NCBI GenBank assembly: GCA_977020255.1
Contig: CDROCS010000864.1
Span: forward strand, 1-64,000
DNA from: Obrimoposthia wandeli
Taxonomy: Eukaryota
Reading direction: 5' to 3'
Length of the DNA: 64,000 nt
Positions 20,859 through 30,619 of this stretch are shown piece by piece. The position numbers and the translations under genes are program-made. The first letter of the stretch is position 1, and each line of letters starts with the position of its first letter. A model generated the notes under the pieces. That model searched no databases and was not told the DNA's origin. It saw only the letters and a program-made list of their open reading frames with translations.

Positions 20859-21276
20859 ATTTAGTTTAGTCGATAATTGAATAACGTTTAAAATATCATA
20901 TTAAAAACAAGTCCTTACGCCGCCTCAACCTATGAACGTCATTGATACTCTCAGTCATAGTTCGCGTACTTTTCCTTGTTTAGCAGTCATTGTATTAGCT
21001 AAGCTAATATCGCGTAACTCGTAAAAATACTAGATTATCGGTCCTCTCTAATTTGAGGGATAAAACAACGTAAATACGGCGGGTATTAATACTGGAATTT
21101 GATGTGTGAAATGAAAGGATAGAGATTAATTAAACGGTCAATTCGACGTTTTTAAAAAGTGCTAATAATAAGTAGCAGATAGGAAGTATTAAGTAAGCGT
21201 GAAAATTAAAGGTTTTTATATAAAAAGCGCCGTTTTACTGTTCATTAGCACGACAGTAATACGACGCTGATAGCAA

Positions 21277-22053
21277 TTAGTATGCAGTAGGATCCGCAAC
21301 TTTTTCGCTTACATCTAAAGTATTCAATAAGCTAGTTAGCAGACTAGATACACCAAAACGGTAATGATCTGCATCAATCCAGTCTTGACCCATAATGTCA
21401 GCGGCCATATCTAAAAATAATTTAGCGTCTTCTGTCGTGCGAATACCGCCCGCAGGTTTAAAACCAACACGATGAGCAACACCCATATCTTTAATCACGT
21501 TAAGCATGATTTCAGCGGCTTCAGGTGTCGCATTAACAGCAACTTTGCCTGTTGACGTCTTGATGAAGTCTGCGCCAGCTTCGATGCAAATTTCGCTAGC
21601 ACGCTTAATTAAATGCGCTTCTTTCAACTCACCAGTCTCGATAATCACTTTAAGTAAAGTATCACCACAAGCGGCTTTGCACTGCTTAACCAATTCAAAA
21701 CCTAACGTCTCATCACCCGCAATAAGCGTACGGTAAGGAAAAACAACATCCACGTCATCTGCGCCGTAAGCTATCGCGGCTTTTGTTTCTGCGACAGCAA
21801 TGGCGATATCATCGTTACCGTGGGGGAAGTTAGTGACTGTCGCGATTCTGATTTCAGGCGTACCTTGTTCTCTTAATGTCTTCTTCGCTATCGGAATAAA
21901 TCGCGGGTAAATACAAATTGCAGCGGTGTTACCAACGGCTGTTTTAGCGTCATGGCACAAGGCGATCACTTTTTCATCGGTATCGTTATCATTCAGTGTG
22001 GTTAGGTCAATCAGGCTAAGTGCTTTTAAGGCTGCTGCTTTTAAATCGCTCAT
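21277..22053 (-). CDS. deoC: Deoxyribose-phosphate aldolase
   Basis: [39 protein letters not shown]. Confidence 0.96.
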   Translation of the reverse strand: MSDLKAAALKALSLIDLTTLNDNDTDEKVIALCHDAKTAVGNTAAICIYPRFIPIAKKTLREQGTPEIRIATVTNFPHGNDDIAIAVAETKAAIAYGADDVDVVFPYRTLIAGDETLGFELVKQCKAACGDTLLKVIIETGELKEAHLIKRASEICIEAGADFIKTSTGKVAVNATPEAAEIMLNVIKDMGVAHRVGFKPAGGIRTTEDAKLFLDMAADIMGQDWIDADHYRFGVSSLLTSLLNTLDVSEKVADPTAY

Positions 22054-22302
22054 GAATCATATCTCCAAAGGACGTTTACGGCTGTAATTGTAAAACACAA
22101 ATACAGCTAAACGTCTGAATTACTAAAATAGTTGGCTTGAATGTAACCGCGGGTGAAGGGAAAGTTCTACCCGCTACTCAGCCTTTAATGTGGGGCTATC
22201 ATAGAGAATTAAAGTGCATCGTCCCATAGGCTATTAGTTGAAACAGCTTTTCCATACAGAAAACATCCTGCGTTTATTTTGTTCTTCAGATGTTTACCAG
22301 GT

Positions 22303-23250
22303 TTAAAATTTTGCCCATTTAGCTAAGGCTTTATCCCAGTATGGTGGATGCCCGATAGTATCTTTTAAGAAATGTATCGCCGTTCTTACTCTGGCTGGCA
22401 GATGTTTGTTGCGCGGATAAACGGCATAGGCAGGCATCTTTTGATTAGCCCGCCAGTCTGGTAACAGTTGCACCAACTTACCGGTTTCCAATTCATCAGT
22501 GAGCAAGTAACTGGCCAGATAACCAATGCCTTTACCAGCAATAAGCGCGTCTCTAACACCCTCTGCCAAGTTGACGCGGTAGTTACCCGATACGCTGATA
22601 CTGAACTCTTCGTCGTCTTTAGCAAAAGACCAATGGTTACAGCTACGGCTCTTGCTGTGGTAAGTCACGCAATTGTACTGAGTCAACTCATCAGGATGCA
22701 GTGGGGTGCCATGAGCCTGTAAATATTCAGGCGCGGCGAGTAACAAGAAACGCGTATCAGCGATGCGCTGCGCCACATAACCTTCGTTAATATCTTCGTA
22801 AGTAGTAACCCAGAGATCGATCTCCTCTGCCAACATATCAACCTTGTGATCGAACAGGCTCACATCGATTGTGAGTTGCGGATATTTTATTTGCAACTTA
22901 TCCAACGCTGGGATGATATGTAGCGTGGCAAAAGAACGCGACAGAGCCAAGCGAATATGCCCGGAAATTTCATCTCTGGTATCGGTGACTAACGTATCCG
23001 CCTCTTGAATAAGCGAGACTATTTTAGCGCTGTATTGTGCATAACGCTTGCCCTCTTCCGTCAAGGTTCTGGTGCGGGTGCTACGGTTAATCAGTTGCAC
23101 GCCTAAGTCTTCTTCCAAGCTGTGCAGTTGCTTACTGACATGAGAGACTGACACTTTTAGCATCTCTGCCGCCTTGGTCAAGCTGCCACTCGTCGCCAAG
23201 GCATTAAAAAATACGATCTGATAAGCTCGGTGCTGTAAAAAATCTTTCAT
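22303..23250 (-). CDS. LysR-family regulator
   Basis: N-terminal HTH, LysR substrate domain; start 2 nt after the nudC stop. Confidence 0.92.
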   Translation of the reverse strand: MKDFLQHRAYQIVFFNALATSGSLTKAAEMLKVSVSHVSKQLHSLEEDLGVQLINRSTRTRTLTEEGKRYAQYSAKIVSLIQEADTLVTDTRDEISGHIRLALSRSFATLHIIPALDKLQIKYPQLTIDVSLFDHKVDMLAEEIDLWVTTYEDINEGYVAQRIADTRFLLLAAPEYLQAHGTPLHPDELTQYNCVTYHSKSRSCNHWSFAKDDEEFSISVSGNYRVNLAEGVRDALIAGKGIGYLASYLLTDELETGKLVQLLPDWRANQKMPAYAVYPRNKHLPARVRTAIHFLKDTIGHPPYWDKALAKWAKF

Positions 23251-23252
23251 AA

Positions 23253-24191
23253 CTAATCGCCTAAACTAATCCAGTGATCAATTAAATAACGCGAAACTGA
23301 ATCCACTCTTGGTACTTTAAAACCAGGTGCATCATCACCCCATTCACCAAACGATTGTAATTCAGCGCGAGAGAACCAGCGAGCATCATCTATTTCATGT
23401 TTATCAACCAGAATATCATCACTGCTGGCATCGGCAATAAAACCAAGCATGATAGAGGATGGGAACGGCCAAGGTTGTGAAGCTAAGTACTGCACATTGG
23501 TCACAACAATTCCCGACTCTTCCATCACTTCTCTGGCAACGGCCGTTTCCAATGTTTCACCGGGATCAACAAAACCCGCCAAGGTCGAATACACGCCTTC
23601 AGGCCATTCCACTTGGCGACCTAATAAGCAACGCTCAATACCATCTGCAAACAGCTTTCGTACCACCATGATCACGGCAGGATCGGTACGTGGGAATGTT
23701 TGATGCTGACAATCAGGATTAGTACATAACCGTGCATGCCCGGCTGACACCGATTTATTCACTGTGCCACAGCGTCCACAAAAACAATGCGAACGATGCC
23801 AAAAGCTTAACCCACGGGCCAGTGCCATTAATGAGGCCGATGGATTATCTAACATCACCGTCATTTTACGCAGGTCGTTAAACTCACCTTCAAGCAAAAA
23901 TGCGGCGACGACCGCGACATCAACATGGGTTAAATCTAACGAAAAATAAGGCGTATTCGCATTACTTTCATCAAGGCCTAAAAATATAGCATCCTCTAAA
24001 TCAAGGTGCTGAACCGCATCAAGTGTTAAAAATAACGGCGCTTTATCCGCTTGGTTAAAATAGTTTTGGTCTGCATGGGTTAATACCCAACGGCTATTAT
24101 TATTCTTTTGGCTCACTAGCCATTCAGGGCTTTTTCGTTGATTAGATGCACGGTCGAGTAACATCTCAGTATATTTAAGCATCTTTATCAT
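23253..24191 (-). CDS. nudC: NAD(H) diphosphatase NudC
   Basis: Zn site FCGRCG...C..C, FPRTDPAVI, Nudix box GETLE.AV.REV.EE, SQPWPFP. Confidence 0.95.
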   Translation of the reverse strand: MIKMLKYTEMLLDRASNQRKSPEWLVSQKNNNSRWVLTHADQNYFNQADKAPLFLTLDAVQHLDLEDAIFLGLDESNANTPYFSLDLTHVDVAVVAAFLLEGEFNDLRKMTVMLDNPSASLMALARGLSFWHRSHCFCGRCGTVNKSVSAGHARLCTNPDCQHQTFPRTDPAVIMVVRKLFADGIERCLLGRQVEWPEGVYSTLAGFVDPGETLETAVAREVMEESGIVVTNVQYLASQPWPFPSSIMLGFIADASSDDILVDKHEIDDARWFSRAELQSFGEWGDDAPGFKVPRVDSVSRYLIDHWISLGD

Positions 24192-24322
24192 CCTTGCTGT
24201 GTTCTTGTTTATTTATGATTTGTTGTGAATAGTGTTGTGAATAATTTTGTAAGTCGTGTTGTAAGTTCTGCAATGATTTCTGTCGTGGTTCAGCAGTGTG
24301 TCTGTCACAAGAGCCCCCAAGC

Positions 24323-25228
24323 TTAACTAAAGTTATCTGCTTGACGTTGGTAAAACTGATAGATATGTTCGATAAACAGTTTCACTTTTAATGGCTGCAA
24401 TTTGGTATACGGATAAATCGCATAAATACCTAATGACTTAGCCACTTGTTGCTGTAGAACTTCCACCAACGTGCCCGCTTGTAGATCATCAGCCACCAGC
24501 ACTTTCGGTACATATATCAGGCCTAAATTAAACAAGGCTGCCTTACGTAATGCCGAGGAATTATTGGTACTGAAGTTACCAGAAATCTTAACGCTGTAGT
24601 CTGCTTCACGGCCTTTAAATAACCACTCGTTTGCGCCACTTTCCTGCTGGCTGTAGGCGAGACAATTATACTTGTCTAAATCTTGTGGGCGCTTGGGTGT
24701 GCCATTTTTAGCTAAATAAGTTGGTGATGCACAGATCACCCATTGCGCTTGTACTAAACGACGGGCAATGTAACTCGAATCTTGTAATGCGCCAGTGCGG
24801 ATCGCCAGATCAAAGTTGTTATCAATTAAATCAACAAAGCTATTATCCAGATCCATGTGCACATGAATATCAGGGTAACTGGCACTAAAGTCGGCAATCG
24901 CTTCTGCTAATATTATTTCGCCAGACACGGTCGGCACAGTTAAGCGAATCGAACCTGATAAGCTATCCCCTAACCCATTCATGGCATCAACTGCACCTTG
25001 CACCGACTGGTATATGGTTCTCGCGTGTTCAAAAAAAACCTTACCCGCTTCGGTCAAGGTCAATTTCCGAGTCGTACGGAAGATCAACTGCACGCCCATC
25101 TCTTTTTCTAAACGGGTAATGTGTTTACTCACTACTGACTTAGTTAAACCAATAATATCAGCCGCTTTACTAAAAGAACCTTGTTCTATTAGGTGATAAA
25201 AAATTAAAAAATCATCGGTACTTCGCAT
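24323..25228 (-). CDS. LysR-family regulator divergent from the D-lactate dehydrogenase
   Basis: HTH closely similar to that of 7993-8895. Confidence 0.93.
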   Translation of the reverse strand: MRSTDDFLIFYHLIEQGSFSKAADIIGLTKSVVSKHITRLEKEMGVQLIFRTTRKLTLTEAGKVFFEHARTIYQSVQGAVDAMNGLGDSLSGSIRLTVPTVSGEIILAEAIADFSASYPDIHVHMDLDNSFVDLIDNNFDLAIRTGALQDSSYIARRLVQAQWVICASPTYLAKNGTPKRPQDLDKYNCLAYSQQESGANEWLFKGREADYSVKISGNFSTNNSSALRKAALFNLGLIYVPKVLVADDLQAGTLVEVLQQQVAKSLGIYAIYPYTKLQPLKVKLFIEHIYQFYQRQADNFS

Positions 25229-25295
25229 TATTGGTCCACTTTATGAAACAGTTATGTGTAATCGAGCTAGTATATCAAACAGTGGTATGACGGTA

Positions 25296-25351
25296 CTATA
25301 TCTAAGATCACATAGGTGTTATATCTAAGATCACATAGGTGCTATATCTAA
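25296..25351. repeat. 23-bp tandem repeat x2.4
   Basis: (C/T)TATATCTAAGATCACATAGGTG twice, then CTATATCTAA. Confidence 0.9.
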
Positions 25352-25439
25352 AACCGCATCATTACAAAATTTAATAAACATAATGTGGCACATTAACTAC
25401 AAAATAAAAATAATATAGCCACATGGCTAGGAGCCTACA

Positions 25440-28277
25440 ATGTCTGACCCGTATCACGTACTGATTAGCAAGTTACGCCAGTCCATCGATGACAAACGTA
25501 TTATCACCGACCCTACGCTAACCTTAGCCTACGGAACTGATGCGAGCTTCTATCGCTTAATACCAAAGCTGATCTTACAACTGGCTAATTTAGACGAAGT
25601 GGTATTGGTGATTAAGGCCTGTTACGACATGGCCATTCCTGTGACATTCCGTGCGGCAGGTACCAGCTTATCAGGTCAAGCATTGTCAGATTCCGTGCTT
25701 ATCATGCTCACCTCAGATTGGCGTGAACATAAAATATTAAACAACGGCGAACAGATCTGGTTACAACCGGGTATTATCGGTGCTGAAGCGAATAAGATCT
25801 TAGCCCCTTACCAACGTAAGATCGGTCCCGATCCAGCGTCAATCAATACGTGTAAAATTGGTGGTATTGCCGCCAATAATTCATCAGGCATGTGTTGTGG
25901 TACAGCACAGAACAGTTATCAAACCTTAGCAGGCATGACGGTGGTGCTTGCCGACGGTACCATTCTGAATACCTTAGATAAGGACAGTGTCGCGCAGTTT
26001 AAGATCAGTCATAAACAGATGCTGACAGATCTCACCGATCTTGCTCAAGCCTGTAAAGACAATACCGCGTTAGCCGATAAGATCCGTCATAAATATCGTC
26101 TTAAAAACACCACGGGTTATAGCCTTAATTCATTAACCGATTACAGCGATCCGATTGAGGTATTACAACATCTGTTTATTGGTTCGGAAGGTACGTTAGG
26201 CTTTATCGCCGACGTAACTTACAATACGGTGATCGACCATAGTTTTAAAGCCACTGGCCTGTATTTATTCGCTGATATTGAGCAAACTTGTTTAGCGGTG
26301 AGTGAACTCGCTAATACCAGTGTTGCCGCTGTCGAATTAATGGATAACCGCGCTTTGAGTTCAGTCGCCAATAAGCCTGGCATGCCTAACTTCATCACTC
26401 AACTTACAGCAGAAAACAATACCGAAGCAGCGGCCTTATTAGTTGAGATCCACGCCGAGAGTGATGCCGACTTAAACCAACAAGTGATCGCAATTAATAC
26501 CCTAATCGATCAACTTAATCCCTCTGAATCCGTCGAGTTTAGTACCGATACCAAGATCTACAATCAATTGTGGGCGATCCGCAAAGAGCTATTCCCTGCC
26601 GTTGGTGCCGTACGTGAAGTCGGCACAACGGTGATCATCGAAGATGTGGCCTTCCCTATCGAACAACTCGCGCCAGCGGTACGTGACTTAGAGATCTTAT
26701 TTAAAAAATACCATTATGATGAAGCGATCATCTTTGGCCATGCCTTAGCGGGTAACTTACATTTTGTCTTTACCCAAGCGTTTGAAACAGAAGAAGAGAT
26801 CGCCCGTTACAGTGGTTTCATGGATGATGTAGCGCAACTTGTTGCTGTTGAATACCAAGGTTCGTTAAAAGCAGAACATGGTACAGGCCGTAACATGGCA
26901 CCCTATGTCGAACTGGAATGGGGAAGCGAAGGTTATGCCTTGATGCAAGACATCAAACGCATCTTTGATAAAACCGGTATTTTAAACCCCGGCGTGATCT
27001 TAAATGATAACAAAGACAGCCACATTACTGATTTAAAAGTGATGCCTGCGGCAGATGAACTTATTGATAAATGTATCGAATGTGGTTTCTGTGAACCAGT
27101 TTGCCCGTCACGCGAGTTATCATTAACACCACGCCAACGTAATACCGTTTACCGCGAGATCAGTCGTTTGCAACGCAGCCAAGAAGATCCCGCGCGTCTT
27201 GCCGAGTTAGAAAAGTCCTTTAAGTATTTAGGCATTGATACTTGTGCAGCCACAGGGTTATGTGCAGAACGTTGCCCTGTCGATATTAATACTGGCGATT
27301 TGATCCGTAAATTACGTCAGCAGCATTCACCTATCGCTAATGTGATAGCGCGTTGGAGTAGTGATCACTTTGCTGGCATCACCACGACCACCCAAGCGGG
27401 TCTGAGTGTCGCTAACGGTATTCATAGCGTGTTAGGCACTAACGTCATGAGTAAGGTAACGAAAGCTACCCATAAACTCAGTAGCGGCAAAGTACCATTA
27501 TGGACACCGCATATGCCAACCGCTGCGGGTAAAATAAAACCATTAGCAAGTGATGGCCTAGCGCATCAAAAAGTCGTGTACTTCCCAAGTTGTGCCGCAC
27601 GTAATATGGGCACAGCCAAAAATGCCATGGATAACCGCCCACTCGCGGAAGTGACACAAGCGTTATTACAAAAAGCCGGTATTGAAGTCATTATGCCAAA
27701 CAAGCTGTCTGAAAAATGCTGTGGTATGCCATATAAGAGTAAAGGTTTTGTGGATACTGCATTGACTAAATCACAGCAGTTAGAAGCAGCACTCTGGGAA
27801 GCATCAGAACAAGGTAAACTGCCGGTATTAATGGATACCAGTCCATGTGCAAGCACCAGTATTGAGATGATGACCAAAGATATCGCGATTTATGAACCGT
27901 TCCGCTTTGTGGCTGAGTTCGTCATGGAACATGTTGATATAACCCCGCAACCCGAACCTGTGATGTTACATATTACCTGTACTTCTCGTAAGCAAGGTTT
28001 AGCTGGCGTGATGGAGAAAGTCAGTCGTGCTTGTGCAACAGAAGTAATTATTCCAGACGACATTCAATGCTGTGGTTTTGCCGGTGATAAAGGCTTTACG
28101 ACGCCAGAATTAAACGCATCGGCACTGTCGCCATTAGCACGTCAAGTACCGAGTAATTGTAATGAGGGTTATTCAAATAGTCGAACGTGTGAGATTGGTT
28201 TGTCCGAGCACAGTGGCATAGAATATCGCTCGATCTTGTATCTGGTAGATAAAGTCAGTGAAAAGCGTATTGGCTAG
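25440..28277 (+). CDS. dld: FAD- and Fe-S-containing D-lactate dehydrogenase (Dld-II type)
   Basis: FRAAGTSLSGQ, GPDPAS, KAEHGTGRN, CIECGFCEPVCP, CCG domains. Confidence 0.9.
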   Translation: MSDPYHVLISKLRQSIDDKRIITDPTLTLAYGTDASFYRLIPKLILQLANLDEVVLVIKACYDMAIPVTFRAAGTSLSGQALSDSVLIMLTSDWREHKILNNGEQIWLQPGIIGAEANKILAPYQRKIGPDPASINTCKIGGIAANNSSGMCCGTAQNSYQTLAGMTVVLADGTILNTLDKDSVAQFKISHKQMLTDLTDLAQACKDNTALADKIRHKYRLKNTTGYSLNSLTDYSDPIEVLQHLFIGSEGTLGFIADVTYNTVIDHSFKATGLYLFADIEQTCLAVSELANTSVAAVELMDNRALSSVANKPGMPNFITQLTAENNTEAAALLVEIHAESDADLNQQVIAINTLIDQLNPSESVEFSTDTKIYNQLWAIRKELFPAVGAVREVGTTVIIEDVAFPIEQLAPAVRDLEILFKKYHYDEAIIFGHALAGNLHFVFTQAFETEEEIARYSGFMDDVAQLVAVEYQGSLKAEHGTGRNMAPYVELEWGSEGYALMQDIKRIFDKTGILNPGVILNDNKDSHITDLKVMPAADELIDKCIECGFCEPVCPSRELSLTPRQRNTVYREISRLQRSQEDPARLAELEKSFKYLGIDTCAATGLCAERCPVDINTGDLIRKLRQQHSPIANVIARWSSDHFAGITTTTQAGLSVANGIHSVLGTNVMSKVTKATHKLSSGKVPLWTPHMPTAAGKIKPLASDGLAHQKVVYFPSCAARNMGTAKNAMDNRPLAEVTQALLQKAGIEVIMPNKLSEKCCGMPYKSKGFVDTALTKSQQLEAALWEASEQGKLPVLMDTSPCASTSIEMMTKDIAIYEPFRFVAEFVMEHVDITPQPEPVMLHITCTSRKQGLAGVMEKVSRACATEVIIPDDIQCCGFAGDKGFTTPELNASALSPLARQVPSNCNEGYSNSRTCEIGLSEHSGIEYRSILYLVDKVSEKRIG

Positions 28278-28337
28278 AAGCGATTAAAAATAGCTGTAAT
28301 AAATAAGAAGTGATGAATAAGCAGGTCAATAGCCTGC

Positions 28338-28757
28338 TTATTCATTGCGTAATACTAAGTAATCACCAACCACACCCGTGCCTTTACCCACTTCAACAAA
28401 GCCTTTGGAAAAGTAAAACTGCATTGCTCTTTCATTCTTAACCATGCATTTCAGTATCTGCGATCGACCATTTAATACCGTTAACATTGCCAGTAACTTA
28501 GAACCTACACCGATACCTTGTGAATCCTCGGCAGTAAACAAATGATGAATGAAATTATCCGGTTCATACACAGCAATGAAACCAAGTACCTTGCCATCAG
28601 CAACCGCTAAATAAAGCGTATCATCAAGAATATGTTCATCAAAGTCTTTGAGTTGATAGCCGCTGCTATCCAACCAAGTGAACGTTGACGTTCTTACGAC
28701 CATATAAAGCGCGCGTAACGCCGGTAAATATTGCGGTGTATAAGCAATTATGTCCAT
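28338..28757 (-). CDS. GNAT acetyltransferase
   Basis: Likely start MDII at 28757 behind AAGGA; QGIGVGSKLL acetyl-CoA loop. Confidence 0.88.
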   Translation of the reverse strand: MDIIAYTPQYLPALRALYMVVRTSTFTWLDSSGYQLKDFDEHILDDTLYLAVADGKVLGFIAVYEPDNFIHHLFTAEDSQGIGVGSKLLAMLTVLNGRSQILKCMVKNERAMQFYFSKGFVEVGKGTGVVGDYLVLRNE

Positions 28758-28768
28758 GTGCTGTTCCT

Positions 28769-28804
28769 TCCATAAACGACGTGTCCATAAACGATGTGTC
28801 CATA
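28769..28804. repeat. 15-bp tandem repeat x2.4
   Basis: TCCATAAACGACGTG / TCCATAAACGATGTG / TCCATA. Confidence 0.85.
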
Positions 28805-28834
28805 TAAAATTAACACTCACATATAAGTCGTCAC

Positions 28835-29374
28835 TTAACGTAAATCTGTACGGTGTATTCCATAAATTGCGTGGGCGATAATCTCGCCATTAATATTTTC
28901 AAAATTACTGATAATACCTTCTAACGTCATATTCAAGCGCTCACATACCCGGCGGCTTGCGGTATTGTCGACTGCGACACATATCTCTACTTTCTTCATG
29001 TCTAACTCAGAGAAAGCGTATTCAATTAAAAAACTCACCGCTTTAGTGACGATGCCTAAACCTTGGTATTTTTCACTTAACCAATAACCCACTTCGACCT
29101 TTTTTAAGGCCTGATCGATACTGTTAAAACTAACATTACCAACGACTATATTTTGATAAATAATCGCGCACGTCATTGATTTACCTTCTGCATATCCGAT
29201 TAATGATTTGCGGATAAATTCAAGAAAGAAAGCTTCATCATTGGCTTCTGTCGCCCAGGGTAACCATTTTGATAAATAAGCTCGCTCTGTTGTCACGATC
29301 TCTAAATAACAGCTCGCGAATGACGGCTGCACAATAGCTAATTGTAAATCTGGTCCGATATTTAGTGTAAACAT
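28835..29374 (-). CDS. RimL/RimJ-type GNAT acetyltransferase
   Basis: EVGYWL...YQGLGIVTKAV, N.ASRRVCERL. Confidence 0.92.
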   Translation of the reverse strand: MFTLNIGPDLQLAIVQPSFASCYLEIVTTERAYLSKWLPWATEANDEAFFLEFIRKSLIGYAEGKSMTCAIIYQNIVVGNVSFNSIDQALKKVEVGYWLSEKYQGLGIVTKAVSFLIEYAFSELDMKKVEICVAVDNTASRRVCERLNMTLEGIISNFENINGEIIAHAIYGIHRTDLR

Positions 29375-29413
29375 AGACTTTCCTAATAGGATATCAATAT
29401 TTCATACTAGATC

Positions 29414-29725
29414 TTATTCATACCTCAAACAAGGTAACTGATCACAGATGTAGAATAAAAATAGGCGATAGTCAGACAACTTAAATAATGCCGCAGTAAG
29501 GGTTGTCGATGTTTCTCTATTACACTTTTTGCAGACTCTTTTCCGCTGACCATGAATACGTTGATAATGGCGCTTGGTACGATGTAATGACAGTTTTTTA
29601 TCGCACAAAGCACAATGCGGTTTGTACGGTACAATAATCATTTCGGTTATGAGCGCTGGGAGTATTATCAGGGCTATAATGATGGCAATAAAAGTGTATC
29701 CCACAAGTATCAATCTCTTTATCAA
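29414..29725 (-). CDS. Hypothetical protein with N-terminal TM helix and CxxC...CxxC
   Basis: CALC and CKKC pairs after a hydrophobic segment. Confidence 0.5.
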   Translation of the reverse strand: MIKRLILVGYTFIAIIIALIILPALITEMIIVPYKPHCALCDKKLSLHRTKRHYQRIHGQRKRVCKKCNRETSTTLTAALFKLSDYRLFLFYICDQLPCLRYE

Positions 29726-29813
29726 GGTGTGAATAAAGCAGATATATTCTCATACGAGAGCAGCTTCGACTGTCCGAAGGTGGACACTCGGTCGTGGTTC
29801 ACATCCAATCGGA

Positions 29814-30404
29814 TTAAGCGCGGGTATAACTAATGATATTGTGGATGGTCACAGATTTATCCGTCACATTACGATAACCGTGTGTTTGGTCAGCATTAAA
29901 TTTAATACTCTGCCCTTGCTGCAAGCTATGCCACTCCTGCTCAGTACCATCCCCTGCTAAGGCTAAATAATATTCCATCGTGCCATCAACCGTAATAATG
30001 TGCTCGACTACGCCACTATTGTGCGGTGACGAGATATGCTGACGCAGTGGGTCTAACGTTATCTGGAATATTTCAAGTTTTGTGTTTTCGTCATAAGGAA
30101 ATAACGTCACTATGTGAATGTCATCTTCACTATTCTGCAATTTATTTAGGGTCATATTTAACACTGTATTGGCAGCGTTATTTACCTGCGTCTGTGCTAA
30201 ATCGGTCAGAAAATAAGACAACGGCAGCTCAAAACCATTCGCAATACTCCACAGACGCACCACAGTAGGACTTGATTCCCCACGTTCAATTTGGCCTAAC
30301 ATCGCTTTTGATACGCCAGTATGTTCGCTGGCTTTATCTAAACTCCAGCCTTTGTCACTGCGCGCAGTTTTAAGACGGCTACCTAAAGATGCGTGAATAT
30401 TGAT
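29814..30404 (-). CDS. sutR: XRE-cupin regulator (SutR/YdcN-like); true start upstream of the ORF-track ATG, probably ATC/ATT
   Basis: Upstream frame gives LGSRLKTARSDKGWSLDKASEHTGVSKA-MLGQIERGESSPT; AAGGA at 30412-30416; divergent from BenE as in E. coli. Confidence 0.85.
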   Translation of the reverse strand: MNIHASLGSRLKTARSDKGWSLDKASEHTGVSKAMLGQIERGESSPTVVRLWSIANGFELPLSYFLTDLAQTQVNNAANTVLNMTLNKLQNSEDDIHIVTLFPYDENTKLEIFQITLDPLRQHISSPHNSGVVEHIITVDGTMEYYLALAGDGTEQEWHSLQQGQSIKFNADQTHGYRNVTDKSVTIHNIISYTRA

Positions 30405-30450
30405 AATAATGTCCTTAGTGGCTTTATTTATAAGCCTATTTAACTTTATG

Positions 30451-30502
30451 TTATAAGTCTCTTTTATAAGTCTCGATTATAACTCTCGATTATAACTCTT
30501 TG
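30451..30502. repeat. 13-bp tandem repeat x4
   Basis: TTATAAGTCTCTT / TTATAAGTCTCGA / TTATAACTCTCGA / TTATAACTCTTTG. Confidence 0.9.
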
Positions 30503-30522
30503 TCATCACAAACAAGAAGCTT

Positions 30523-30578
30523 GTGCGTTATAACATACAGTGCTACTTTAATTAAATAACTCGTGCGCTATAACGCAC
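30523..30578. promoter_or_regulatory. Two palindromic operator-like sites, candidate SutR operators
   Basis: GTGCGTTATAACATAC (30523) and GTGCGCTATAACGCAC (30563), 40 bp apart. Confidence 0.6.
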
Positions 30579-30619
30579 AACACTTTATCACGTAATGCCT
30601 AGTTGGAGAAGTAGCGACA

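Noticed and set aside
2256-22190. Shared 15-mer ACTCAGCCTTTAATG at 2256 and 22176, with TPP-riboswitch-like GGCTGAG on the minus strand
   Set aside because: A 15-mer match can arise by chance in 64 kb; the TPP core (CCTGA...TAATGCC) is absent and neither gene is thiamine-related
25296-25351. 23-bp repeats as a CRISPR array
   Set aside because: Copies are directly adjacent with no spacers and there are no cas genes
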